A stretch of 64,000 nucleotides of DNA from Candidatus Bathyarchaeia archaeon (GTDB lineage Archaea > Thermoproteota > Bathyarchaeia > Bathyarchaeales > Bathycorpusculaceae), in the NCBI GenBank assembly GCA_049512075.1, contig JBEKXL010000007.1:39751-103750 (forward strand), read 5' to 3'. The translations under genes and the position numbers were made by a program. The notes under the pieces were generated by a model. That model had not been told where the DNA came from, made no database searches, and saw only the letters and a list, made by a program, of their open reading frames with translations. Of this stretch, positions 29,334-38,214 are shown piece after piece (the first letter of the stretch is position 1; every line of letters starts with the position of its first letter).

Positions 29334-30061
29334 TGTCAGTCGTCAAACATTTCATAACAGAATCCATAAAGAAGACGGAAATCGACGAGTTTCTGCAGAA
29401 AAAACTTGAAAGGGCGGGGTACGGCGGCGTGACCATATCGAAGACACCTTTGGGGACTCACATAGTCGTCTATGCTATGCGGCCAGGTTTGGTTATAGGT
29501 CGCGGTGGAGAAACCATAAGAGAGCTTGCAAGCATTCTGGAGGAAAAATTCAAGGTTTCAAACCCGCAGATATCTGTTTCTGAAATCGAAATTCCAGAGT
29601 TGAACGCTTACGTAGTTGCAACACGCGTTGCCGGTGCACTGCAGAGAGGTGTACATTTCAGAAGAGCCGGTTTCTGGTCTCTCAACCAGGTCATGGAGGC
29701 AGGCGCTCTAGGTGCAGAAATAGTCATAAGCGGAAAATTGAGGACTGAAAGGGCAAGATATGAAAAGTTCAAAGCCGGATACTTGGTAAAATGCGGGGAC
29801 CCATCAATAAAATACATACAGAGAGCTGCAGTTCATGTTCAACTGAAGCCGGGCATATTCGGCGTAAGAGTCAAGATAATGCCTCCAGACGCAATATTCC
29901 CCGACAAGATTAAGATAGTTGAAAAGCTCCCGCCCGAATTAAAACCGAAAGAGGCAGACGCAACAGAGGCAAAAACCGAGCAAGAACCACCGGCCGAAGA
30001 GGAGAAAGCCGAGGAAACAGGCACTGACGTGAAAAGAGAGGAAGAGGAAGGAACCGCTTAG
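29333..30061 (+). CDS. rps3: 30S ribosomal protein S3
   Basis: RPGLVIGRGG KH domain, GAEIVISGKL; acidic tail. Confidence 0.95.
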   Translation: MSVVKHFITESIKKTEIDEFLQKKLERAGYGGVTISKTPLGTHIVVYAMRPGLVIGRGGETIRELASILEEKFKVSNPQISVSEIEIPELNAYVVATRVAGALQRGVHFRRAGFWSLNQVMEAGALGAEIVISGKLRTERARYEKFKAGYLVKCGDPSIKYIQRAAVHVQLKPGIFGVRVKIMPPDAIFPDKIKIVEKLPPELKPKEADATEAKTEQEPPAEEEKAEETGTDVKREEEEGTA

Positions 30062-30301
30062 ATGCCCGTACTGCGAATGAAAGAGATACGCGACCTGTCT
30101 TCTGCCGAAAGAACGGAGAAGCTGAACGAGTTCAGAACGGAGCTTCTTAGAATGAAGACCATGATCGGCGCGGGTGGAACTGTAGAGAATCCGGCGAGGG
30201 TTAAGGCTCTGCGCAAAGCAATAGCAAAGATTCTGACAGTCGAACACGAAGAAAAGCTCGGAATAAGGAAGACAGAACCAATAAAGAGGAAAAAGAAATG
30301 A
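30062..30301 (+). CDS. rpl29: 50S ribosomal protein L29
   Basis: ENPARVKALRKAIAKILT; operon position. Confidence 0.93.
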   Translation: MPVLRMKEIRDLSSAERTEKLNEFRTELLRMKTMIGAGGTVENPARVKALRKAIAKILTVEHEEKLGIRKTEPIKRKKK

Positions 30302-30579
30302 ACATAACGCCAAACATAATCCGCTGCGAATTCATCGGTATTGACGTCAAGGTTGCTCGGAGCAGCCACAGAGGCAACGTTGGAATCTGCGGCAAAGTAG
30401 TGGGCGAAACACGAAATACCTTCGCTATCTTGCACGAAGGGAAGAAGAAAACTGTCGCAAAGGACTCGTCTGTTTTTCACTTCAAGTTTGCAGATAGAAC
30501 AATCGTCGAAGTCAACGGCAGGCTTCTTATGGGAAGACCTGAAGATCGCCTAAAGAAGAATGTTAGGAGACTATGGTGA
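30298..30579 (+). CDS. rnp1: RNase P protein component 1 (Rpp29)
   Basis: EFIG, GKVVGETRNT, GRPEDRLK. Confidence 0.92.
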   Translation: MNITPNIIRCEFIGIDVKVARSSHRGNVGICGKVVGETRNTFAILHEGKKKTVAKDSSVFHFKFADRTIVEVNGRLLMGRPEDRLKKNVRRLW

Positions 30580-30896
30580 TGTCGCTCACTTTCAAGAAGC
30601 CCAAGAAAGCCTGTGAAGACATGAACTGTCCCTTTCACGGAGAACTTCCAATAAGAGGTCGCGTGTTTAAAGGAGTTGTCGTCACCGCGAAGATGGAAAA
30701 GACCGTGGTTGTAGAACGCGATTACCTCTCATACATTTCAAAGTTCATGAGGTATGAAAGAAGGCGCAGTCGAATACCCTCCCACAACCCACCCTGCATA
30801 GACGCAAGAGAAGGAGACCATGTCATAATAGCTGAGACCCGCCCCATAAGCAAGACAGTGTCATTTGTCGTTGTTGAAAAGTTGGAAGGGAAGTAG
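30579..30896 (+). CDS. rps17: 30S ribosomal protein S17
   Basis: [29 protein letters not shown]. Confidence 0.95.
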   Translation: MSLTFKKPKKACEDMNCPFHGELPIRGRVFKGVVVTAKMEKTVVVERDYLSYISKFMRYERRRSRIPSHNPPCIDAREGDHVIIAETRPISKTVSFVVVEKLEGK

Positions 30897-30897
30897 A

Positions 30898-31338
30898 ATG
30901 GCGGCCAAAGCAAAACAGCGAGGGTTAGTCGCAAAGGGAATGCTTGGACATGGACCGAAGCTATCAAGAGGATTGCAACCGCCTGCAATTCTAAGATGCG
31001 CTGACAATACTGGGGCGAGACACCTGAGGCTAATTCAAGTTTATGGTTATAAGGGGAGATTGCGACGTTATCCATCTGCTGCGGTGGGTGACAAGATAAC
31101 TGTCTCTGTCAGGCAGGGAACACCCGACATGCGAAAGAAAATTTTCCAAGCGGTAATCGTGAGACAAAGAAAACCGTTCAGACGGATTGACGGTGTCTGG
31201 GTTGCATTCGAAGACAACGCGGCAGTAGTGATAACCCCCGAAGGAGAAATGAAGGGCTCGGAGATACGGGGTCCAGTGGCAAAAGAGGCGGCAGAAAGAT
31301 GGCCGAGGATAGCAAGCGCCGCCAGCATAATAATATAG
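30898..31338 (+). CDS. rpl14: 50S ribosomal protein L14
   Basis: [25 protein letters not shown]. Confidence 0.95.
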   Translation: MAAKAKQRGLVAKGMLGHGPKLSRGLQPPAILRCADNTGARHLRLIQVYGYKGRLRRYPSAAVGDKITVSVRQGTPDMRKKIFQAVIVRQRKPFRRIDGVWVAFEDNAAVVITPEGEMKGSEIRGPVAKEAAERWPRIASAASIII

Positions 31339-31350
31339 GTTGAGGAAAGC

Positions 31351-32019
31351 ATGCAGACAGCCAGACCCGTGACGAAGCCGACCAAACAAAGAAAAATGCT
31401 CTACCAGGCACCCGACCACGTGCGCCACAGGCTTCTTGCCGCACACCTCTCTCCGGAGCTCAGAGCCACACACATAGCGAAAAGCTTTCCAGTCAGAAGC
31501 GGAGATACCATACGCGTGATGAGAGGGGACCACAAAGGCTTAGAAGGGAAGATCACACGCATAGACCTCAAGAAATACAGAATTTACGTTGAAGGATTAA
31601 CACGAGAGAAGGTCGACGGAACCACAATATTCGTTCCAGTGCATCCATCCAAGTTAATGATCACACGGCTGAACCTTGACGACAAATGGCGAAAGAAGAT
31701 TTTGGAAAGAAAGCAAAAGGCACAAAAGAAACCACAGAAACCCGCGAAGAAGCCGAAGTTAGAACCTGTTCAGAAACCTCCAGAAACCGCCGAACTGAAA
31801 CAACCTCCAGAAGAGAAGATTACAGAAGAGAAGGTTACCGCCGCCATCGAGAGACCACCGAAAAAGAGAGCCTCAAAACCAAGAAAGAAAACGAAGAAGG
31901 CGGCCGCAGAGAAAAAGGAGGCTCAGGCTGCAGAAACCAAGACGGAAAAGGAGCCTAAGGTGCAGAGAAAAAGAACCAAGCGTAAGAGCGCCAAGAAAAC
32001 TGAAGAAGGAGAAGGATAG
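31351..32019 (+). CDS. rpl24: 50S ribosomal protein L24 with long charged C-terminal extension
   Basis: KQRKMLYQAP, VRSGDT.RVMRGD, PVHPSK; then about 100 aa rich in K/E/P/A. Confidence 0.94.
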   Translation: MQTARPVTKPTKQRKMLYQAPDHVRHRLLAAHLSPELRATHIAKSFPVRSGDTIRVMRGDHKGLEGKITRIDLKKYRIYVEGLTREKVDGTTIFVPVHPSKLMITRLNLDDKWRKKILERKQKAQKKPQKPAKKPKLEPVQKPPETAELKQPPEEKITEEKVTAAIERPPKKRASKPRKKTKKAAAEKKEAQAAETKTEKEPKVQRKRTKRKSAKKTEEGEG

Positions 32020-32021
32020 GT

Positions 32022-32780
32022 TTGGGCAAGAAGGGACAATCATCCGGGTTGAAACGGAAACCAGCGCCAAGATTCTGGCCAATTCATAGGAAGGAATTCA
32101 CTTGGGTCGTAAAACCCACTTCCGGGCCGCACTCGCTTGAAAAGTGCATGCCTCTAGCTCTACTCCTGCGCGACGTTCTCGGGCTAGCCGAGACCAGGAA
32201 GGAGGCTAAAACGATAGTTTCACAGGGAAGAGTCCACGTGGATGGAAACATTAGAACGAAGGACGATTTCCCCATTGGCCTGATGGACGTAATCTCGATA
32301 CCGGACGTAGGTAAAAACTTTTGTGTGTTGCCTTCATACAAGGGTCTGATACTCAAAGAGATAAGCAGTGAAGATGCGAAATTCAAGCTCTGCAGAATAG
32401 AGGACAAGACGGTTGTCAGCAAGGGGCAAGTGCAGCTTCATCTTCACGATGGATCGAACATCCTGGTCAAAATTGCTGACCTCAAGAATCCACACGAAGA
32501 CGTTTACGACACGTTGGACACTTTGAAAATAAGCCTTCCAGAAAAACAGATTCTCGAACACATCAAAATGAAAGAAAAAGACTTTGCAATAATCACTGGC
32601 GGGAAGAACATCGGCAATTGGGGCAAGGCAGTTGAAATTGAGAAGGCAGAGGGCAAGAAACGCAGAAACGCACTCGTGACGGTTGAAAATGAAAAAGGAA
32701 ACCGCTATCAAACAATACTGAACTTTGTTTTTGCAATAGGCGAAGCGCATCCCCTGATACCCTTAGCGGAGGCACTCTAG
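32022..32780 (+). CDS. rps4e: 30S ribosomal protein S4e
   Basis: LKRKPAP.FWPI, GPH, FPIGLMDVI, ITGGKN. Confidence 0.95.
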   Translation: MGKKGQSSGLKRKPAPRFWPIHRKEFTWVVKPTSGPHSLEKCMPLALLLRDVLGLAETRKEAKTIVSQGRVHVDGNIRTKDDFPIGLMDVISIPDVGKNFCVLPSYKGLILKEISSEDAKFKLCRIEDKTVVSKGQVQLHLHDGSNILVKIADLKNPHEDVYDTLDTLKISLPEKQILEHIKMKEKDFAIITGGKNIGNWGKAVEIEKAEGKKRRNALVTVENEKGNRYQTILNFVFAIGEAHPLIPLAEAL

Positions 32781-32781
32781 G

Positions 32782-33321
32782 GTGTCCGAAGACGAAATCC
32801 CCAAGCGGTGGGAGCAGCAGCCCATGCTCAAGCCAAGAATTGAAAAAGTCACCGTCAACATCAGTGTTGGAAAGTCCGGTGAACCACTGGAAAAAGCAAC
32901 GAAAGTCTTGAAAGAAATCACAGGTCAAACTCCGTGCAAGAGAAAAGCCAAGAGCAGCATAAGAGATTTCGGAATCAGAAAAGGCGAATCCATAGCCTGC
33001 ATTGTCACACTCCGAGAGGAGAAAGCGATTGAGTTCTTGAAGAAAGCTCTGGCAGTCGTTGACAACAAGATTTCCGCCCGAAGCTTTGACGGTCAGGGCA
33101 ACTTTTCCTTCGGCATAAAAGAGCACATTGAACTGCCCGGTGTAAGATACGATCCTGAGGTGGGCATATTCGGAATGGATGTCTGTGTCTCGGTCACTCG
33201 TCCCGGCTACCGTGTTAAAAACCGAAGGTACGGAAGAGCGAAGCTTGGTCCAAAGCACGTTTTGACACCGCAGGAAGCCATGGTTTTTGTCAAAGACACT
33301 CTGGGAGTAGAAGTTATGTGA
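32782..33321 (+). CDS. rpl5: 50S ribosomal protein L5
   Basis: [34 protein letters not shown]. Confidence 0.95.
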   Translation: MSEDEIPKRWEQQPMLKPRIEKVTVNISVGKSGEPLEKATKVLKEITGQTPCKRKAKSSIRDFGIRKGESIACIVTLREEKAIEFLKKALAVVDNKISARSFDGQGNFSFGIKEHIELPGVRYDPEVGIFGMDVCVSVTRPGYRVKNRRYGRAKLGPKHVLTPQEAMVFVKDTLGVEVM

Positions 33322-33335
33322 GATTGGTGGACTGT

Positions 33336-33500
33336 ATGGGTAAACAGAAATCAAAGAAGGATAGAAAATACGGGAAGGGCGCAAGGCCGTGTAGTAGGTG
33401 CGGGTCCTACGGACCGGTTATCCGGCGTTACAATTTATATCTCTGTCGGCATTGTTTTAGGGAGGTAGCGATAAAACTCGGATTCAAGAAATATGAGTGA
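33336..33500 (+). CDS. rps14: 30S ribosomal protein S14 (Zn type)
   Basis: CSRCG...[14 protein letters not shown]. Confidence 0.95.
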   Translation: MGKQKSKKDRKYGKGARPCSRCGSYGPVIRRYNLYLCRHCFREVAIKLGFKKYE

Positions 33501-33517
33501 AAAAGGGGAAAAAGACG

Positions 33518-33901
33518 ATGGACACCTTGGCGAACGGTTTGACCGCCATAATAAACAGTGAGATGCGAAACAAGCACGAGTGCATAATCAGCCCAGCCTC
33601 TAGGCTTTTGGGCAGGGTTTTGAGGATTATGCAGCTGAATGGTTACATCGGTGAGTTCGAGTTTATAGATGATGGTCGTTCTGGCAAGTTCAAGGTTCAA
33701 CTCTTGGGGAGAATCAACAAGTGCGGCGCCATCAAGCCACGCTTTTCAGTCAAGATGGACAGGTTTGAAGAATGGGAGAAGAAGTATCTTCCATCAAGAG
33801 AGGTGGGATTGCTGGTCATTTCAAGTCCAAACGGCGTCCTGTCACACAAAGAGGCAAGAGAAAAACGCATCGGAGGCAGACTGTTAGCATTCATTTATTG
33901 A
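33518..33901 (+). CDS. rps8: 30S ribosomal protein S8
   Basis: GYIGEFEFIDDGR, CGAIKPR, GGRLLAFIY. Confidence 0.95.
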   Translation: MDTLANGLTAIINSEMRNKHECIISPASRLLGRVLRIMQLNGYIGEFEFIDDGRSGKFKVQLLGRINKCGAIKPRFSVKMDRFEEWEKKYLPSREVGLLVISSPNGVLSHKEAREKRIGGRLLAFIY

Positions 33902-33913
33902 AGGTGCCCCCAA

Positions 33914-34459
33914 GTGCGAGCCATAGAAATATCTGAGAATGTTCAAGTTCCCGACGACGTAGAGGTCAGTCTGGAAGGCAAAAGATTCACAGTGAAAGGA
34001 CCCAAAGGAACGTTGGTTCGTGACTTTTCTTTTGCTCCTATTTCGATGAAACTCAACGGCAGAACCATTTGCATTCGCGCTGAATGGCCCCGCAAGAAAG
34101 AAGCTTCCCTCGTGGGTACGCTCCGTTCACACGTTCAAAACATGATTACGGGCGTAAGAAAGGGCTTCACGTACAAAGTCAAGATAGTTTTCTCACACTT
34201 CCCGATTTCAGTAAAACTTAAAGGCAAGACCGTTCTCATCGAAAACTTCACTGGCGAGAGAAGCCCGAGGAAGGCAAAGATAATAGGCGACGTTCAAGTC
34301 AAAATCCAAAGCGAAGACGTTTTCGTTCAGGGCATAGATTTGGAAGCCGTCAGCCAGACCGCAGCAAACATTGAACAAGCAACCAGGGTGAAAAGGAAGG
34401 ATCCACGCATTTTCTTGGACGGCTTATACGTCTACGAGCGAAGTGAGGGGGTAGACTGA
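33914..34459 (+). CDS. rpl6: 50S ribosomal protein L6
   Basis: VKGPKG, SHFPISV, KDPRIFLDGLY. Confidence 0.95.
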   Translation: MRAIEISENVQVPDDVEVSLEGKRFTVKGPKGTLVRDFSFAPISMKLNGRTICIRAEWPRKKEASLVGTLRSHVQNMITGVRKGFTYKVKIVFSHFPISVKLKGKTVLIENFTGERSPRKAKIIGDVQVKIQSEDVFVQGIDLEAVSQTAANIEQATRVKRKDPRIFLDGLYVYERSEGVD

Positions 34460-34995
34460 TGGCCCTGCCAAGAGCAACCGCCTCTGAAAAGGCCTTGAAG
34501 CTGAGAAAGCGCGTTAAAGCAAAGAAGCCAAACTTCGTCAGACAAGAAAGTTGGAGGTACGTGCGCTTGAAAGAAAACTGGCGCAGACCCCATGGTCTGG
34601 ACAACAAAGTGAGAAAGAGGTTCAAGGGGTGGCCGGCCCGCGTAAGTGCGGGATACAGAGGACCGAAGAGTGCCAGGGCGCTTCACCCGTCGGGTTTTGA
34701 AGAGGTCTTGGTGTACAACGTAGATGGTCTCAAGAAAATTGATCCGGGGACCCAAGCTGCACGAATTGCCCACACTGTGGGCAAAAGGAAGAGAGTCCAA
34801 ATCCTAACCGAAGCAAGGAAGAAGAAAATAGTCGTCCTCAATCAGAGACAGGCAAAAGAGACTACTAAGAAAGAGGAAAAACCCGCTGAAGAGGCTGAGA
34901 CAGAAGAAGTTGAGACAGAAGAAGCAGCGAAGACAGAGGAGCCAAAGAAGGAAGAGAAAGCCAACAAGCGCAAGAAAAGGACTGAGAAGAAATGA
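34459..34995 (+). CDS. rpl32e: 50S ribosomal protein L32e with charged tail
   Basis: WRRPHGLDNK, GYRGP, LHPSGF. Confidence 0.95.
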   Translation: MALPRATASEKALKLRKRVKAKKPNFVRQESWRYVRLKENWRRPHGLDNKVRKRFKGWPARVSAGYRGPKSARALHPSGFEEVLVYNVDGLKKIDPGTQAARIAHTVGKRKRVQILTEARKKKIVVLNQRQAKETTKKEEKPAEEAETEEVETEEAAKTEEPKKEEKANKRKKRTEKK

Positions 34996-35447
34996 CGGAC
35001 CTCAAGAGTCAACGACGTCTCGCTGCGCAAGTGCTCAAGATCGGACAAAACCGTGTTTGGATAGATCCTGAAAAGGCAGATGACGTTGAGGCCGCGATAA
35101 CTCGAGACGAGGTCAGAAGGCTGATACACCAAGGAACTATCAAAGCATCACCGGAAAAGGGCATAAGCCGTGGAAGAGCGCGCATTATGCACGAAAAGAA
35201 AAAGAAGGGGCGACGAAGCGGACCTGGCAGCAGAACGGGGACACCCCATGCAAGAGTGACAAAGAAACAGGCTTGGATGAGTAAGATTCGGGCTTTAAGG
35301 AGAAAACTTCGCACGTTGAAGACAAAGAAGATGATTGCTGAAAACTCTTATCAGAAGCTCTACAGGATGGCAGGCAGCGGCAGGTTTGAATCAGTGGCTG
35401 ACCTTGAACGGTACATGAAGGCACACGAACTCTGGAGGAAACGCTAG
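34992..35447 (+). CDS. rpl19e: 50S ribosomal protein L19e
   Basis: QRRLAA, RVWIDP, GPGSR, WMSKIRALR. Confidence 0.95.
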   Translation: MTDLKSQRRLAAQVLKIGQNRVWIDPEKADDVEAAITRDEVRRLIHQGTIKASPEKGISRGRARIMHEKKKKGRRSGPGSRTGTPHARVTKKQAWMSKIRALRRKLRTLKTKKMIAENSYQKLYRMAGSGRFESVADLERYMKAHELWRKR

Positions 35448-36091
35448 TGGCAAGGAATTCACGTTACTGCATGCCGTTCCGTCGAAGAAGAGAAGGAAAA
35501 ACAGATTACAAGGCTAGGAAGGCATTCTTGCTTTCTGGAAAGCCTCGACTCGTGGCGCGTTGCAGCATTAATAACGTCAGTGCTCAAATAATCGTGGCTA
35601 AACCAAACGGGGACGAAGTTGTAGTTTCAGCCCAGAGCAAAGAAGTGGCGAGAAAGTACGGGTGGAAAGCTCCTAGAGGGAGCGTTCCAGCAGCCTATCT
35701 GACTGGTTTCCTATGCGGGTTAAAGGCTAAGGCTCATGGAATAGAGGGAGCAATTCTCGACATTGGATTATATCCGCCTTCGAAGGGAGCGAGGATTTTC
35801 GCCGTGTTGAAGGGAGTCTTGGATGCTGAAGTGAATGTGCCTCACAGCGAGGAAAAACTGCCTGATGAAAAAAGAATAGCAGGTGAGCATATCGCGAAAT
35901 ATGCACAGAGTTTAGCATCTGACGCCGAAAAATATCAATCAAGATTTTCGAACTATTTGAAAGAGAAAACCCCCCCAGAAACTCTTCCTAAACATGTTGC
36001 ACAGGTCAAAACGGATATGATGAAAGCATTTAAGAGCGGAGGTAGCAAGATTGGTGCGCAGAGGCCAAAGAGACAAACGAAGAAGAAGTGA
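35447..36091 (+). CDS. rpl18: 50S ribosomal protein L18
   Basis: RRRREGKTDY, AAYLTG, GEHIA. Confidence 0.95.
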   Translation: MARNSRYCMPFRRRREGKTDYKARKAFLLSGKPRLVARCSINNVSAQIIVAKPNGDEVVVSAQSKEVARKYGWKAPRGSVPAAYLTGFLCGLKAKAHGIEGAILDIGLYPPSKGARIFAVLKGVLDAEVNVPHSEEKLPDEKRIAGEHIAKYAQSLASDAEKYQSRFSNYLKEKTPPETLPKHVAQVKTDMMKAFKSGGSKIGAQRPKRQTKKK

Positions 36092-36716
36092 ACCTTCAGA
36101 AAACTTGGAGCAGTGGGTTCCAAGAACGCGTCTTGGAAAGATGATCCAGGAAGGGAGAATCACATCTATCGAAGAAGTTTTCATGGCAGGCTTGAAAATA
36201 CGGGAACCCCAAATCGTTAACTCGTTGATTCCAGATCTTCAGGAGGAAGTCATAAACATAAACTTGGTTCAGAAGCAAACAGACGCCGGGGAAAAGTCAA
36301 GGTTCAAAGCAATAGTCGCTGTCGGAAACAGAGATGGTTACATAGGATTGGGGTCTGGAAAGGCAAGCCAAGTGCGAAATGCGATAGAAAAAGCTGCTGT
36401 GGATGCCCGTCTCAAGATAATTCCAGTGAGGCGAGGGTGCGGAAGCTGGGAATGTGACTGTGGAAAACTTCACTCGATACCTTTCCAGGTGGAAGGCAAA
36501 ACTGGGGCTGTTCGAGTGGTCTTCGTTCCCGGCCCCAGAGGTCTGGGTTTAGTAGCGAGCGAGGTGTCGAAGGTGATTCTCGGTCTTGCCGGCGTGAAAG
36601 ACTGCTGGACCAGAAGCTACGGTTCAACAAGGACGATTCCATCCTTTGCGTACGCGGTTTTCGAAGCGTTAAAGGGAACGTACAGCCTCATTATTCCAAC
36701 GGACTGGGTGAGATAA
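36051..36716 (+). CDS. rps5: 30S ribosomal protein S5
   Basis: WVPRTRLG, QTDAGEK, RRGCGSWEC, PRGLGL. Confidence 0.95.
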   Translation: MVRRGQRDKRRRSEPSENLEQWVPRTRLGKMIQEGRITSIEEVFMAGLKIREPQIVNSLIPDLQEEVININLVQKQTDAGEKSRFKAIVAVGNRDGYIGLGSGKASQVRNAIEKAAVDARLKIIPVRRGCGSWECDCGKLHSIPFQVEGKTGAVRVVFVPGPRGLGLVASEVSKVILGLAGVKDCWTRSYGSTRTIPSFAYAVFEALKGTYSLIIPTDWVR

Positions 36717-37205
36717 TTGGCCGAACCGATGAACGAGCGCAAATGCATGCTGGCCATAAGGATTCGAGGAACAATCAGTGCGTCGAGGGAAGCTCGGGAG
36801 ACTCTCCGAATGCTTAATCTGACGAGGAACAATCACGCGGTTCTGATTGACGATCGTCCATCATTTCTTGGAATGATCGATACAGCGCGAGACTACATCA
36901 CATACGGTGAAATTTCAAAAGAAAGTGTTGCTTCCTTGCTAAAGGAAAAAGGAAGACTTGCCGGAAACAAGAAATTGACGGATGAATATGCTCAGAAAGT
37001 TGGACATAAATCGGTGGAAGAGCTTGCAGCCGCAGTCGCAGCCTGTCGAGTTGAATACTGGAAACTGCCCGCCATACAGCCAGTCTTCAGACTGCACCCG
37101 CCGACCAAGGGTTTCAAGGGAAAAATCAAAAGAGGCTATGGCGCGGGCGGAGAATTAGGATATCGCGGGGAGAGCATAAACCAGCTTTTGAACCGAATGC
37201 TCTAG
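36717..37205 (+). CDS. rpl30: 50S ribosomal protein L30
   Basis: IRIRG, FRLHPP.KGF, GELGYRG. Confidence 0.95.
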   Translation: MAEPMNERKCMLAIRIRGTISASREARETLRMLNLTRNNHAVLIDDRPSFLGMIDTARDYITYGEISKESVASLLKEKGRLAGNKKLTDEYAQKVGHKSVEELAAAVAACRVEYWKLPAIQPVFRLHPPTKGFKGKIKRGYGAGGELGYRGESINQLLNRML

Positions 37206-37214
37206 ATTCCCTTT

Positions 37215-37265
37215 CAGAGTCCTTTTTTCAATTTCCACATTTTTGTTTGCGATACGTTTTATAGT
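37215..37265 (+). promoter_or_regulatory. T-rich terminator-like tract followed by a TATA-like box upstream of hsp20
   Basis: CCTTTTTTCAATTTCCACATTTTTGTTT after the rpl30 stop; TTTTATA at about 37257-37263. Confidence 0.45.
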
Positions 37266-37303
37266 CACTTATGAAATGCCATCTATCCTAGGGGGAAGCA
37301 ATC

Positions 37304-37759
37304 TTGAGCGCGAAGTGGCGGAGAAACAGGGCAAACTCGAAGAAGCTTGACATTCTGAAAGTTTTCAGCAAGGTCAAGAACAAGAATGTTGTCCAAAGGT
37401 TTCGGATAAAGAATTCAGGTGCCAAGCAACAGACGAATTCATACAGATATAAGCTCCACAGGGTTTCTGCAGAAAAGAAGTGTCGGGAACCGAAACATTT
37501 GGTTGATGTCCTTGAAGGAACTGATGAGATAATAGTTGTCGCAGATTTTGCAGGTTTCAACAGAGAAGACTTGAGGGTGCACGTGAAAGGTGAAAGGTTG
37601 ACTTTAGCCGCTGAAGCATCGGATCGTAAATATCGCAAAAGTTTAAATCTCCCAAAAAGAGTGATTCCCAGCACCATACGCACAACATATAAGAATGGCG
37701 TGCTTGAAATAAGGTTGAAAAAAGCTGAAGAAAAATCAATAGGTAAGATAGCAGGTTAG
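37304..37759 (+). CDS. Hsp20/alpha-crystallin family protein
   Basis: EP.HLVDVLE, VVADFAG, LNLPKRV, TYKNGVLEIRLKK. Confidence 0.85.
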   Translation: MSAKWRRNRANSKKLDILKVFSKVKNKNVVQRFRIKNSGAKQQTNSYRYKLHRVSAEKKCREPKHLVDVLEGTDEIIVVADFAGFNREDLRVHVKGERLTLAAEASDRKYRKSLNLPKRVIPSTIRTTYKNGVLEIRLKKAEEKSIGKIAG

Positions 37760-37763
37760 CAAG

Positions 37764-38204
37764 ATGCCGCATAGACTTAGAAAAATCAGAAAGAACCGTG
37801 GTTCAAGAACTCAAGGCTGGGGCAGAGTGGGTCAACACAGGAGGACGGGATCCAAAGGAAGGCGGAACGCTGGACGACACAAAGCATTATGGTCGTACGT
37901 CATAAAATATGAGCCAGACTATTATAGCAAGGTCGGATTCACTTCACCCAAGAGCCTTAGACATGAAGTGAAGATAATAAACGTTGGAACGCTGAATGGG
38001 ATAGCCGCTAAACTGTCGACAGAAAAACAAGAAGACAAAACCGTCGTGGATTTGGCAGCTCTGGGTTATACAAAGCTTCTCGGCACCGGAAGAGTCACGA
38101 AGCCATTAGTCATAAGAGTTGCATCTTGCTCGAAGTCTGCGGCTGAAAAGGTGAAGAATGCCGGTGGGCAAGTCTTAATGGAAACCCGAGAAACTGGAGA
38201 GTAG
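37764..38204 (+). CDS. rpl15: 50S ribosomal protein L15
   Basis: RGSRTQGWGRVGQHR, KLLGTG, KVKNAGG. Confidence 0.95.
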   Translation: MPHRLRKIRKNRGSRTQGWGRVGQHRRTGSKGRRNAGRHKALWSYVIKYEPDYYSKVGFTSPKSLRHEVKIINVGTLNGIAAKLSTEKQEDKTVVDLAALGYTKLLGTGRVTKPLVIRVASCSKSAAEKVKNAGGQVLMETRETGE

Positions 38205-38214
38205 CGGCTGACTC

